Source: an uncultured virus (IMG/VR IMGVR_UViG_3300025122_005623)
Taxonomy: Duplodnaviria; Heunggongvirae; Uroviricota; Caudoviricetes
Length of the DNA: 64,000 nt
IMG/VR virus record: IMGVR_UViG_3300025122_005623
Reading direction: 5' to 3' (one strand)
Below are positions 47,101 through 60,500 of the stretch, one piece after another. Under the pieces are notes generated by a model. It ran no database searches, was not told where the DNA came from, and was given only the letters and a program-made list of their open reading frames with translations. The position numbers and the translations under genes were made by a program. Within the stretch, counting starts at the first letter, position 1, and each line of letters opens with the position of its first letter.

Positions 47101-47506
47101 GTATTACAAATGTGGACGTAAAAGGAATTTTATAGAGCGTTCCTGCATCGACCTGAATGTTTTCGGCATTTTTAATGGTTCGTGGGTCTACATCACATAA
47201 AATTCTCTTAAGTGAAAGTCTTCTAATTTCTGTAATATTACGAATGCCGGGCGCCGTATACTTGAGCCGGACTCCTGGGTCCGTTAAAAGTGCGCCAGAC
47301 ACCACGTGTGATCTTGTCATTATTAGCACTACCTGAATATCATTCATATCACCGTTGGGGTCACTAAATATAGATTCCAACGAAACCCCCTCTGGCGCTA
47401 TCAGGGCCAATGAAGCAAAAACATCTATTTGAGTCGTGTCCTCGGTAGCGCTTAAAACTATTTTATCTACTATTACTAAAGATTGTTCTGTGGCTGTTTG
47501 TATCAT
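44171..47506 (-). CDS. Large virion-associated protein with a His-rich (HxH) C-terminus
   Basis: 1111 aa; HYH, HTH, HIH motifs near the C-terminus; coupled to neighbours. Confidence 0.55.
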   Translation of the reverse strand: MIQTATEQSLVIVDKIVLSATEDTTQIDVFASLALIAPEGVSLESIFSDPNGDMNDIQVVLIMTRSHVVSGALLTDPGVRLKYTAPGIRNITEIRRLSLKRILCDVDPRTIKNAENIQVDAGTLYKIPFTSTFVIREVNPSYLSLFAFPYYPTYAGIDTEIPLDFIGYYGKLTSELIIRNSSTATQSTLFYTGPPAATNSSLYVGPVHQSPGGAWYTHKHASLTAQPLIAVKIPNITINDLRSTNEIQKNFNFEDIQNKAIQQIQEFKKGAQGTLSNIDYSINNDNQLNFYFSFDFLSAIRNNARFASLYKNPSDLLGTCNILSVKILRRRLNRPLAHSRLTGGGVPNQFYDQKVDVVNANLSQVNIFKQKPGVISFLGSDLEMDEKTYGLYEYGVEIEILDRSSELLVMGLQFLNTALVELKNFLRTSLQPGNFGSGCCRIGVFSGRYTSNYNAKLMSLSSEERPWQVAMERYIQLLHVIMGAGAISEGFVQSLEATVNPIYSGPSGLERLIKLLDNFSSKMTHILKIKPPTRPGGCSGPSAEGTQNALFDTKNPIFTIEKAFKIPFNADELLDYGFDLLSLEPGIISDAAPSGMGLNLKHISFGYMNALVNNQERKTNNTTMQGLFLTPNYFKVPTAPYQVYKEDAETKRNTKFVLSVLLGAQAQKRSPLNFGALYTPPATAPGANDLPLIDNIIINNQLNVMHLNNCTSQILTLDDDEQEELPMFVSDCSIPPMDISTAVRYRRAYVDEGQVYGDDGGRGTTEQKQQNNSMKFKGTTGTGTKIAKYLQANDSYIASYLIEADYFNGFGNDGTQKSKSFNGNYLKNQNLTLNGYKTSMAKAPKNSVSSIEAEFVTKALDEQLRPEDMPSIAIKYGFIYGIEYLSGYLSGPGGSLMKRPVWKLLTKNILRGMQSAATSLLCRTRRRTTYWAFNGIKAPLYNELFILGSLPSRLPPTESAGLALLSMPIHQTSGAQSIEQDLDMAIAQFANSYDSSKRMTSRYTNLLRTSSGAMKTFAQLAGRTTYSDQHYHEYIIDQNGNGIAKEACVPAHPNVCHTHQIIAGIVQSGQSTSIDPSVGWPPHIHALPQASTTTATTTATTTGGGGGTAGY

Positions 47507-48534
47507 TCACAAATATCCTCTTCTGGTTCGTAAAGGTTCTTAATAAAATAATTCCTGGTGCTCACCACGTTCTTTCCTGAAACCACCCCCAAGGCCGTTA
47601 AGTCTGTAATGCCCAACTTTCTCAATAAAGAATTTTCTATTTCTTTATCAACATCCAACGTAAGATAATATTCCACGTCATTTATGGTGGGATCCTCTAT
47701 CGTATTGTTAAAAAATAATTGTTTAGTCTCTATGGCGGTATCACTAGAAGATAGAAACACCTCCATACTATAATTTTCTTTAAGAAAGTCAGCATTTTCT
47801 TCAGAAACCCGTAATACTAAGTCTGTTTTATCTACTATTATGTAAGTGCCGTCCGCTAATACGTTGGTAACAACCGACTGAAGATTGTTGGCGTCATGAG
47901 GATTGGTAAAATATAAATCTGTTTCTTCGCTGTTGTCCGTGGTGCCAGCGCCAGTTTGTGTATACGATTCAAATTGGCCTGTATATTGATTATATGTAAT
48001 TTTAATGTTAAGTTGGGGAATCTTTTCGTAGCCCCCAAGTGTTTCTACATATGGTATACTGCTGCTTATCTCTCCTTGGTACAAATTCAAAGCCCATGCT
48101 GGCGAATATTTTGAAGTTAATTTAGATGTCCCGATGGGTCTAGACACAAAATCATATTTTTCTGCTGTCGGCTGCAATTCTTCAAGAAAGTATGGGGAGC
48201 GCTCTACATACGCTGGGCTTTCCGAGGTCTGCGGCTCATGGAGATCCAGCGCTGCCCTAAGAGCGCCGGCTCTTTCTTTAACTGTCGTTTCTCTCCCAAC
48301 AAAAACATTTAATGTCTTTAATGACGGGGTGTTTTCCTGTATGCGTGATTCTATCTCGTTTTGATTTTCGATACCGCGGCCGGCCGGTCCTGTCGTCCAG
48401 CCACTGTCATATAAGATACCATTATCAAAAAAAGAATAATAGGCCGGCCTAAATCGACTTTGTGATAATCGATATCGTCCCCATGGGGTTAATTTAATCT
48501 CAATTACTTCTTCTTTTTTATCAAAAAATTCCAT
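47503..48534 (-). CDS. Virion structural protein (N-terminal paralog of the 310-aa protein)
   Basis: IEIKLTPWGRYRLSQ...YSFFDNGILYD aligns with ILDAVLTDFGRVLIAK...FALGDDEINYE. Confidence 0.55.
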   Translation of the reverse strand: MEFFDKKEEVIEIKLTPWGRYRLSQSRFRPAYYSFFDNGILYDSGWTTGPAGRGIENQNEIESRIQENTPSLKTLNVFVGRETTVKERAGALRAALDLHEPQTSESPAYVERSPYFLEELQPTAEKYDFVSRPIGTSKLTSKYSPAWALNLYQGEISSSIPYVETLGGYEKIPQLNIKITYNQYTGQFESYTQTGAGTTDNSEETDLYFTNPHDANNLQSVVTNVLADGTYIIVDKTDLVLRVSEENADFLKENYSMEVFLSSSDTAIETKQLFFNNTIEDPTINDVEYYLTLDVDKEIENSLLRKLGITDLTALGVVSGKNVVSTRNYFIKNLYEPEEDICE

Positions 48535-51500
48535 TATTCATCACTCTTTACGGGTAGTAGTGGGTTGACTATATTGACGTTAAGTTCCTCATTGGTTATT
48601 TGTACTGTGCTGTCGGGCTTGGTATGAGAATTGTATTGAATCCCCGTATCTACTTTAACTAGCTCCACTAGTGAAAAATAATCATAGGGCCAGTTGTATG
48701 AATAAGCCAACGTAGGCTCTGGATCGATAACCCTTGTATCGACAACTCGCGTGCCGCCTTTGCTAATTTGTCCCTTATAAATGGTAGACTCTTTCCTAGC
48801 AAAATCATTATAATTGTTCTCGGCCCTCTTCTTTACCTTAAAAACTACCCATTGTAAATCTTCATTAACTTCACTTCGGCCCAAAAGTTCACGCGCTAAA
48901 AGCTTATGCTTTATTTGCGATACCTTCTTTTCTATTTTACTACTAAAAGAATCGCTTCCTTGGTGACCCGGAGGCAAATTCTGCCACATATCAACATAAT
49001 CTATTTGATCCATCTCCATTGAAAATTCGAAAATATACATAGCAATAGGCGCCATCTCCGGATTCATGACAAAATCGAACCTGGGTGGGAAAACGTACTT
49101 TTTCATCATAGCAATTTGTTGTTTAACAGTCTCAGAGACTTTTGTAGACAGACCTATAGCATCAGGGAAAGACAAGCGATCTGCCTTGTTAAGATCTAGA
49201 ATTAATTCTACTTGCTTTCTACTAAGTTCGAAGAATTTGCGACGGCCATCCGCACACAAAATAAAGGGAAGTGCAACAACCGCCTCTTCTAATTTGCCGC
49301 CCGACTTCACTTCGCCGACCCTTTGTGGGACTCCTACTTCAAATCCTAACCGGGTGGCCAAATCTTCAGGAGCGCGTACGGTCACCGGGGTCCCATCGTC
49401 CGCCGAATAGGTAACCACGTGTGGTACTGTAATTTCTGCGAAAAGACCTTCTGCTCCAACAGGTACAGCACCATATTGGTGCCACATGCCACTAGTTGCA
49501 ATCGAGAAGTTATCACCAGCGCCAGCGCCGCCGCCACTCGGCTGCCAGCCGGTCCACCCGTACGGTTGGAAAGTGAGCGCGCTGAGTTGGCCCGGGTAAG
49601 CACTTGGCATCGTTATATCATTATAGCTATGGGTTAAATGTACGTAATAATTGGTTCCCGCATCAGTACGTCGGGCCAAGTTGAGGAGCACCGGCGCGTA
49701 CATGGAGTTGGTGCCGTCGCCCTCGAAGAGTACCTTGTTAATTACATTTCTTAGATGATTCATGTTGGTGCCGCCGGAGCCCGTAAGCTGCAGCAGATTA
49801 GATTTCCCATAACCATTGATGGTGTCGGCGCCTCCGGTGCCCTCGAAAACGAAACGCGTCCAAATCACGTCCGAGCTACTAGTAAAAACGGCCGGGTCGA
49901 GATCCGGATTATAAATCGGAATCGAAACTTCGTTATTCAACGTGGCGTCGCTGCGGGTGTATACATATGCTTCTGGGTACTCAGGAAGGCCGCTGCCGCG
50001 GCTGTATGGCGGAAATGGAACGGAGGTCTCTACACCGGCAAAGTTTAAAACGGGTGTTTCAAATTTGGTTTGTATAAGCCACCGAGGAGAAGTGGCAAAA
50101 TTGCCGAGAGGCGACGGCCCCAACACTGACCTTTTCAAATTAAAACTGGACGATAGCTGCATGGCAAACCAAGTGCCCATCGCATCTGGCGTGGCATTTC
50201 TATTAAGAGCGCGATCATAAACAAAAATCGAATTGTCCCATATATCAGAAATTTGCTGTTGTCCGTTGCGGTCAGGCGTAAATATGATCGTACAACTACC
50301 GCTTCCATCAAAATATGGTGGAGTTACGTGTGCATAGCTTGCCGAATGAATCGGGCCCCCGCTTTTTGCTATACCCTGGCTTTGGTCCAGCACACACGGC
50401 ATTCCAAACGCACTCTTGCGGTTATACATTGTAAAGGAGCTTGTCAAGGCCATCCCGGAATTATTACTAGCATGATTTCCTGCCACAGGATCTAAGGTTC
50501 TATATAAATTCAATCTAAGGGCATAAGTTTTATCCATTTGAAAATCATCATTAAACTCATCCTGTATAGATGAAGCAAAACTGGTTAATCCTTTTTGGAA
50601 GAAGTTGACCGTTTCGCAAGCAAAATTATCGGCGGCTAGCTCATATAGTTTACTACCGCCTCCGGTCCACCTTACTCGATGCGAATGGAGATATTGCGCG
50701 GCGCCGGCATAGCTAGCGCTGGAATTCCAAAACAGACTGCCGGTTTGGATTCCCGGCTGATCAATGATCCAGGATCCTGAAATGGCTCTCTCACTTAAAT
50801 AATTCCTGGGTCTTAGAAGTGCCTCAAATGGTATTCTCTGAACCCCGTATTGCGCGGTCTCGTAGTTAGTCGGCGACGATTGAGGATTGGGATGCTGGGT
50901 GCCGCGCGCGTAAGTGTCGTCGGGATATGCACTCATACTTAGGAGGCTAGCAGAGGGAAATTGTATCATTCCTTCTGGCAACTGGGTGCCGGTGCCCACA
51001 GATGATGCAGCGCAGCTGGCCCATGGATACTGCCAGCCAAGCCCCGACTTATTGTCTAGAGTATTAAATATAACGTAATTGTCCACAGCAATTCCTGATT
51101 TAATAGTATTAAATAAAATTCCTGGCCCAAAGAGAGGATCTAATAGCGGACGATGACCAATTGCCGAATCCTGGCTATAATTGTACGAATAGTAGCCGAT
51201 GTTGGCGCCTTGCTCTATATACGGTGCGTAGGAAGAAGAAAACAAACGAGACAGTTCTACGGTTCTCTCAGCCGGATAAAATCCCTTATAAGGCAAAAAC
51301 TTAAGTAACGCTGTACACTCTAGAGCTATCACATCTCGTTTCAGAATATCATCATTAATCAGAACCTTATTGTCGTATTTTTCATCCACAATGCTGAAAA
51401 GCTTCAGGAAATCAGAATTCATATATGTCTTAAAGAAATCACTTTCTACGCCACACAGCGAATACGTTTCATCCTCATTCGAAATCGATCCGCCGGTTAA

Positions 51501-54500
51501 TTCAAAATATGTCGTGGGAGCTAAAAAGTCTCCGCCCTTTTCATTAATATAAAAATCCATTTTTTCACTTATTCTGAATTCCGGAACTATTGAATAATCT
51601 TTTCCTATTAATCTCAAGTTCTTACAATATTCACTATAAGTCGCGTAAGGTCTCTTATTCGCCTGGGTCCCGGCCGTCCATTCTGCAAAGCCGCCCATAC
51701 AGGGCATGCCCGTGGAGGTTTCCCCTACCGGGATGGGCACATTATAGATAGCTGTACTGGCAGTTAGGAGGTTCGCTAGGTCCTGGAAGACCAATCCGGC
51801 GCCGTCCATGAAGACCTCGACGCCGTACCTAGTAAAGTTATTTTGAAGCTCGCCGGCGCCGTTGTAAGGAGTATCTAGAGCGCTGGCACTAGTGGCAAAA
51901 AGCGTTGGTGCGTCTAGAGGCCAGATGCTGGCATCTGGGTTTGTCCTCGCAACAGGCTCCCCTACGGTGGGAAGCCAAGACATAACTTCTTCATCTATAA
52001 CGGTTCTCGCTGCTCTGGCATCATTCCATATATTTGCTATTGTATAGTTCTCGCGAGTCCTGGTTCGATTTAAATATGCATTATAAGCAGCTGGGTATAC
52101 TCGTTGTTTATAGTTCGCCGCGCACCTCAACATTTTAAGGAATGGCGTATGGATGCCGGCTTTAGCCTTCACAAAAAGGCTGTTCATACGATTAAAATAA
52201 AGATCTCCGCGGTCCGTATCGTATTTAAGACCGAATTGGGGCCAAATCTGGCCCAAATTAGAAAGATATTCTATTTTATTGCCAAATGAGCTGATGTATT
52301 TTCTTACTTGCTTTTTACTTACCTGCTTGCCTTCTTTAGTGTCATATTTATTAAGGGACACAAATATGTGTTCTAAGGGGTGATGCTCGCTTGCCACACA
52401 TGGTTCAATATAGTTTTTAAAAGTATTAACCAGCTTCGGCCGCGGATTCTGCCATATGGTCCAAGCTTGTGTGTGGGCCCCGTAGGTTCCATCTCTTATA
52501 GAAAGAATGTTCTGTTTTTTGTGGAATCTCGCAACAGGACCCTCTCCGGTTCGAACCTGCTTCCATGATGGATATTGATATGGGCCGTTGCGGTGAAGCA
52601 TGAGAGCGTTAAACATATAGGCTGCCGCGGCGCCGAAGCTGTTGACGGTCGTCCCGGGATTTGCCGTGGACTGGCCAACCGGGTTAGAGGTATTGGTGAT
52701 CATTCCCTGGCTCCGTTCGTCGGCGAGAGTAGGCGTATCAAGGTTCCTGTTGGCATATTGTGTCGCGGTTCGGTTGGCGAGACCGGTCTCTTGACCCCAA
52801 AGCGGTACCGTTGAGGCAAAGCCTAATATGTTTGTTGTGCAACTAACTGGATCTTTAAGATTAAAATTTATACCAACAAAGTCTGTTGGGACATGAGATC
52901 CTGAAACTGCGTACGCGTGGTTGGCCATTATGGCCGGGGTTCCACCCCAGGTCCACTCGAAGTTGCTGTTGCTGTTGACATATGAACCCCACTCACTTCC
53001 TGAAATTGTTGCATCCGACATCGGATAATACGCAGTAACTTCATATCTTGAGCCGGCTATAGAGGTGGGAGTGATCGCAACGTCGAGGCTGTTTCGGGTA
53101 CCATTACGATCTCCAATTTGATCGAAAAACAAATTATTGGTGCCGTCTATCTCTCCATATTGAGAACCCCATCGCCTGCCATCACCCATGCGCCACCACG
53201 AGATTAGATTGTTGGAGTCCATTCTCTTAAGATCGTGGGCGCCGGCGTTATTGTACAAACGCGTAATCTGTTTAGCACTTAAGGCCTCGTTCCAAATTGA
53301 TACTTCGTCGATGTAGCCATCCCAACAGCGGGACAGGGTTCCGGCCCGGTTTCCAATGAGTGAATTATAAGTATCTATGTTGTCTGGACTCGAAGCACCC
53401 GTACTCCCCAGAACGGTCGCGTCGGCGCCGTTAAGATAAATTTTCATGCGTCCGTACGAGTCTCCCGCACCTCCACCGGCGTCCAAGGCCCCGTCAAAAG
53501 TACAGACCACATGAGTCCAAGTACTTAAAGGCACCGTATCGTCCGCGGTCTTCACGTAGTTGGCAGCTGGTGAACCTGCGCGCTGGAACTGAATTAGTTT
53601 ATCATTGGTATACCGGATACGGATATCGCCCGTACCCATTTCTACTACACGCCCGAAGCCGGCCTCGCCGGCGTCGAGTGGATTCACCCACGCAGAAATA
53701 GAAAATGGCTTTGCAGCGCTACCAGCACCTCCTATTAAGGCATCCCACGTGGCCGGCGTTCCAATATCGATATAATCGCCAACACCATCGAACTGAACCG
53801 ACGCAGTATTGGGATAATACCTATAGTACTCTTTTTCGTCATAACCAAACCACGAAGAGCCCGGATCCAACGATGCCGTAATCCAGGCATATTGTCGATC
53901 CGCCTGTGGAATGGGGTGCTGGACATACCAGTTATCATAGCGAGAGCCTGTAATGAGGGGGAACCCGGACGATCCAGTAAAGTTTCCCGATAATTCCAAG
54001 CGTCGACGACGGTTCCTGTTTACCTTATGATAGGCCGGCTCGCACGAATTTTCGTTAAGATCGAGGCGTCCGTAAAGAGCATCAACAGCCTCAAGATTAG
54101 GAAGGGGGCCCCCTGCTGGTGCGGACAGAGACCCTGTATTAATACCAGGGCGGAATACCGGATCCGACCCATATGGGCCACAGTGCGTTGTTAACAACGC
54201 TTGTAGCGCTCGCCAATGTCCACTTTGATCCTCGGTCCAAACCCAAGGAATCCAATCGAGCTCCCGATTTTCTTCATCATTCGGGTCTATATTAAGACCC
54301 GCAGGACCTCTTACTGAAAGATTTCTAAACGGGTGAGCATTATAGACTGACTTTTCCTCGTGTGCTGGATCCATATATCCAAGGGATGCTACTTCATAAC
54401 CGCCGGGTGCACCAAATCGATTTACAATTACTGTTTGGTTAGAGTTGGAGCCTATTCGCTCAGGAATTTCATATGATAGATTACCGCTGAGGTTGTTGGT

Positions 54501-57500
54501 CAGTGCCCCTACAAAAGGCGGCGAGACCTTTTGAATCGCGCCCGCGAGGAAATTACCTGGTACACCGCCCTGAAACGGTACCTCGTCTTGTATTGCGGTA
54601 TAAATGCCGTCTCTAATATTGTCGCCTAACTGCCACCAGGAAAGAAGATGGTTTGAGATCGTTGCTGATCTTAAATTCCAGCGGCGGCCATTATTATAAA
54701 TCTCGGTGGCGTCTGCTTGAGATAGCTCTTTAGTCCAAATAGCCACATCACATAGGTGGCCTTCAAAGCCCTGGTTGAGGTTCGAGTTGTTGCCGATATA
54801 AGATATAGCTCCATCAATCGCTACCGGCGCATCGGCAGCTACTTGACTGTTATTATCAAGAACTCCATTAATATAAATCGAGGGGGCGCCATCGGTGTCC
54901 CCGGGATATGTTGCAACGACGTGATACCATTGATTTAAATTTAAGGTGCTCGAATCCACCCGGCCGGCGGTAGAACCATTAATATAAAATCTCAAGGTAT
55001 TGGTAGACCCCTGCCAGCCTAGCTGCCGGTCGATGAGGCTAAGATTAATTATCCGACCGTAGTTGAGGCCACCATCTCCCGTAGCATAAAACCAGGCCGA
55101 GAAGCCAAATGCCTTTGCTGCGGCGCCGGCGCCACCTATTCTGTTGTCCCACGGGGTTCCATCAGTCGCCCCGTTACTAATATCTATCGCATTGGTGGAG
55201 TCCGCAAACTCAATTGAATGAACGAGAGGGGGCGCAAGAACGCCGCGGCCTCGAGTTGCTAATGTTTCAGGATATTGAGCAAAGCTAAATGATTGATCCT
55301 GGAAGAATGGATCGTTAATACTACGGCCGGCCGTTTGAACCACTTGATAATTCTTTATATAATTGCCGATCTTGCTGTGCATTATGGTGCCGGACAGTCT
55401 TACCTGTGGAACAGCGCCTGTCATTAAAATATTTTTAATATTAATAGGACGCTTGGCCAGCTCGTCTCGCAAATATATGGCCCTTGGACGATTAAATAAG
55501 TAAGGAGGAGACACCGCTGGAGACCCAGGATCTGGATAGTCTGGAGATACTAGTCCTAGGGCCCCGACAGACGCTATTGGAGATCTTGTTAAATCAATGC
55601 CCGTTAATATTTTATAGCCTTCTGCTCTATCATCAGCCGAATCTAGTCCACTAAACGCAGGATTTCTGGACCCGGAGGCGTTAAGTGCAATATGCCGCAC
55701 TTGTCGTCCTCCAACAAATTTCTCTGTAAATGGACTTTGTAGCGGAGTTTCCATATCATGACCGTACGTATCGGCGTGCAGATTCGTAAGCAATACAGAA
55801 CCGGTAAATCCCTCAGCAATAACAGCATTATAGCCAGTATTAACAGAGGCATTCCACTCCGGCAAAGACGAAGTAATCTTATATAAACTAAAGGGCGATA
55901 AAGTATTGCCATGGCCCACTAGGCTTGGATTATCGCCTTTATTAACCTGTGCGTCTAAAGTAAAATCAATACGCTTTTTCTTGTGGAGTCCCAAATCATC
56001 TATTGAATCAATAGTTTGATCAACATCTTTACCGAAAGCCAGCATTATATTCTGTGGTAGATTGGTTCCTGGTATCAGTGCTCCTGCGGGTGTGGTAGAC
56101 GTATAGACGAAACCTATCTTTTTATTACGATGATAGTTTGTACCGCAATATATGACCTTGGAGAGTCTAAATTTATCCCGATAATGTGTTGTCTTTTTTC
56201 TATTTCTAGTTTCTTTTGTAACATTTAGTATTCTGGTGCGACTAAAATTTACTCCCGCATCGGAGGAAGATAGTTGTGTGGCAAAAGTAGATAAAGAATT
56301 TCTTTCAGCCAATTCTTTCCACCAATTAGCGTTTTGATCTTGCTTATTACTAACCGGATGATGCGTATTCTCCCAACCAGGACTAAGAGGCAGAATAGAT
56401 TGGACGGTACCGAGGGGATCCCCCGCTTCCATCTCCAAGGTGGGAAACTTGTGATCATACTTGTTTCTTTCTAAAATGTGGCTTTCAATCATCAAATTAA
56501 TCTTGTCGGAAAAGGCGGTTGACGCCGGAATGAGCTGCACCAGCATTTGTGTCAATGAAGAGTCGAACCACTTATAAAATTCGATATATTTGTCAAGATC
56601 CGGCTCGTTCTCTATGTTTTGAAAAAACAGCTGCCGTAGCTTATTTAAGTCTTTATAGTGTGGGCGATATCTGTTAATGGGCGCGCCGACTATATTATTA
56701 AAATCTATAATTGTAGAAAACATTTTAAGCATTTCTTCAGAAATAGCTTGATACATGCTTTTTTCAAAAGCAAAGAAGAAGTTAATTGGTCTCGAATCCT
56801 GTACAAATAGGGATTCATCGGCAGTATTTAAAACTTTTATGGTGTCTTCAGAATATAGGTTCTCTGGTAGGTTTAATTGAGCACTAGGAATAAAGTTAGT
56901 GTCAACTATTTTTAGTGAAGAGGTGGGGAATCCCAATCCGCGACCTGGATGTCTGAGTTCCAACGTGGGTCCTAAGAAACCATAGCGCGTTGCCGGAGAG
57001 GAGCCGGAGGAATAGTCTGCAACTTCAAACTCTCCGGACGCGCTTGAGCCAGTCACTTGCTCGAAATCCCAATTCAAAGCCAGCGTCTCTATTTGAGAAA
57101 CTCCAAAATTTCCTCCGGGCCCAAGACTTGCGCTATGTTGATATACGTATGAATTCTGAAGAGGGTGTGCGCGGCCGTAGTTTTCCACATCTTTGGCGTG
57201 GGCCACAATTATATCATCCTCTAAATAATCTAACCAGTATCTTAGAGCGCCAATTTTAATATCAGTGGCGGTTAAGACCGAGCCAGTAAAGTTTTGTCGA
57301 TGCGCGCCGGCGTACAGTCGTTTAGAACCTGTTACAAACGCTGCGGGCGGTGCACTAATGGTGCCCGTAAGACTAAATTGGTTCAGTGTTACTCCGGCAT
57401 CGGTTTGAATTCCAAAAAATTCTACGATATAGTCGTTAGGATTGGTTGAATAAGTGATATAATCAGCTGTGGGATATTTAGATGGTTTAATTTTAACAGC

Positions 57501-60500
57501 AAAAGTCCACTTAGAATTATCATAAACTTCACTATAATACGAACTTGTTAATAGCGGTATCACGCCTCCCGCGTGTTGGCTAGATGATAACTTAAATTTA
57601 GCAGCCTTAGAAAGGCTCGTATTGCGAGTACAATATACTTGGAAATTAGGAGCATCATCAACGCCCCACGTAGGATCTCCTTCATCATCAGTTGAAGCGC
57701 TATGTATCCCAAATAGGGAAGCATCCAGGGCCTGATATTCTTGAGTGTTGGCATCGGGGTGAGTGAGTGGCAGCTTTTTGGGGAATATAATTTCAGCCTC
57801 AATTGTTTGAGCATAGCCCCCTGTTAGCTCAAATGCTCCAGATATATAACCGACCGTATTGGTATTCAAACTAGAAGTCTGTTGGTACACAGTACCAGTA
57901 AACCTATCGATGTTATTGAAATCAATAAACTTTTTACGAACCGATTTGAGAGTCCTGTTGTCCCTAAACTGATATTCAACATTGTCTCCATACATGTTGA
58001 TCTTGATTATTTCTTCGCCTATGCCAAAACAACGTATAAGATTTCTAAATGATTTTAAAGTGCCTTTAGATTTATAAATGTGTATGAGATTATTGTAGAT
58101 GTTCTTATAAATGATGTTTTTAATGTCAGTTAAAGATTTATCATATAGCCGATCTTCGCTTCTGTCGGCCAGTTGCTCTAGAACATCCGCATCTAAGAAA
58201 AGCTCTGGAGAAAGAAGCCCTCTTCCTTCTAGTAAACGATTCGCAAACACATTCGGCTTGTTTGAGCCGCTTACATAAGCAACATCTTTTAGACGATTTA
58301 TGCTTTCAATTTGTAAATGAAGACTATCAAAATAGCTTGCCATAATCTGAGCTAGATTTTCTAGACCGGATCCTCTTTCGGCATCTTCCTCCTGCATCCA
58401 AGAAGGAAACATATTGAACATGCTGGCATTATTAGTAATGTCATAATCCGAACCACTGGCCTCTAAGCGCGCTTGGGTTGCGGCGACGTTCGGATTAGAA
58501 GAATAAATGATAGGATCTCGGAATTCTTTAGTCGCGGCCGAAGATGAAACTATGGCCGAGCCCGTATTTCTAATTCCGGTATAGTATGTTGCCCCGCGCG
58601 TCCAGGCGCCGTTGGTTACGCGACCTGAATAGTCTAAAATAGTTAAGTCCGTACTCGCAATTCCTGTAATCCCTTCATTAAACTTGTAATATACTCCCAA
58701 ATTGGTATTGGCCGTATCCGTATTGGTGCCTCCACCTACCTGTGTGAACCAATATCTACCAATATCTTTTGATGTTCTTTGCGTTTTCCAATATCGGAAT
58801 TCGTCCAGGGAGGCAGACAATTTGCCAGCATACTGTGCCCCATCTGAACCAGAGGGAGAAGTTACAAGCGCACCAATAGTTGCTACTTTGGCCCCGCCTA
58901 TCTCGCCAACACTTCCAGTAAGAGTGGATATGCCCACGTCTAGGGTATCGTTTAAGTCTCCATCGGCGTAAAACCTAACTCGAACAGCATTATTTGAGGG
59001 GGAGTAGGATTGAATCTGGCTTGCAGCCATTGCTGTTATTATACTATCTGAATAGCCGTCCATACCTCCTTTTTGATCGACAATATTATTAGTGGCCGAG
59101 GGTGTATCGGTGCCATCAAAGCTATCGTCTGGATCGTTCCCCATCTTCCACCATGAAAGAAGACCCGCAGGCGTCGAGGCTGCCAGAAGGTTATTCATAG
59201 AGCCGCGCTTATAAAGTGTTCTAATTTGTGTTGGGGTCAAGACGATATTCCAGATGGCTACGTCACCAATGTAGCCGTCCCAGAAGGCGTCGCCGGTAAT
59301 CTGGTAACCTCCGATATAGGCCGTAGCACCGATGTCAGCAACGGACGTTGTAGCCGTGGGAGTACTGGTCTCGTTAACACCATTAACATATATTTCCATT
59401 GTACCATTGCCATCGCCATAGGTGCTTCCGCCACTATAGCTTATAGCGACATAATACCACCGGCCCGGGGGGAAAGTGTTGGCTGTATATAGTGTGGTGA
59501 TTGTTCCCCCAAGGCGAACTGAAAAGGCAAATTTTTCTGCAGAAACATTATAGAGAAGATTTCGGTAGTAGCTAAAATTGAATATCGCTGGGGTTGTCTC
59601 TGTCGTGTCCTCCTCTAAATAGACCCATGCCGCAGCCGTAAAGGGGCGCGCATTGGTGGTTGCGCCTCCAATTAAGTCACTCCAGTCCCCAATGTTTATT
59701 CTATTTTCACCAGCAGCATCGAAGAAAATCGATTTGTTTACTGTATCGGTATTTTTCAATGTAACTGCGTAGTGCGTCCAGCTTTCGTCTGCAACCGATG
59801 CTGTAGTAATTGTGTTAGCGCCAACTGGTCTAGACTGGAACCCGGTAGTGCCAGACATTAAAGTCAGCATGAACGGATTGCTACCTTCGTCACCGTGGCC
59901 CGAAGCGGTAAGCTCTAACCTAAAGCGTCCATATGTACCGCTGCCGGTTTCTTCGTTATTCCAAAGATCAAATATAACTTCCTTCTTGGTATTATCGGTA
60001 TCAAATGCATCCTTTTTCAGCCAAAACTCTAATGAAACACCGCCTGATACATCTAATTTCAAATTAGATTCGCGATTTTGAGAAGTATTCCATATATTTG
60101 CACCAGCGCTTTGAGGGCCGCCTCCCAAGCCCGGGCCGCCTTTAATATTGATATATTCTAACTCGGCCGGAAGACCATACCCATCATCAATAGAAGTCTG
60201 AGCACCCCACCCACCATAAGAGAAATTAATATAACCGGTAGATCGTGGATATTCGTTCTCTAATATGTAAAGGTCTACAAAGGACGAACTGTTTTGCCAA
60301 TCTATCCTTTCGTATAAAGAGCCGTCATAAGGATAGGTTTTGTAAATATTTGTTATGGCATCGGTATAATATTTTTTGGCCGATCCATAACGAGCAAAAT
60401 TTTTGGGTTGAGAATAATCAACGGCCGGAATGAACCGCTTCTCGTTTTTAATATCAGCCCTGTGATAGTCTACTGACTCAACTTCGGACGCAATCTCGTT

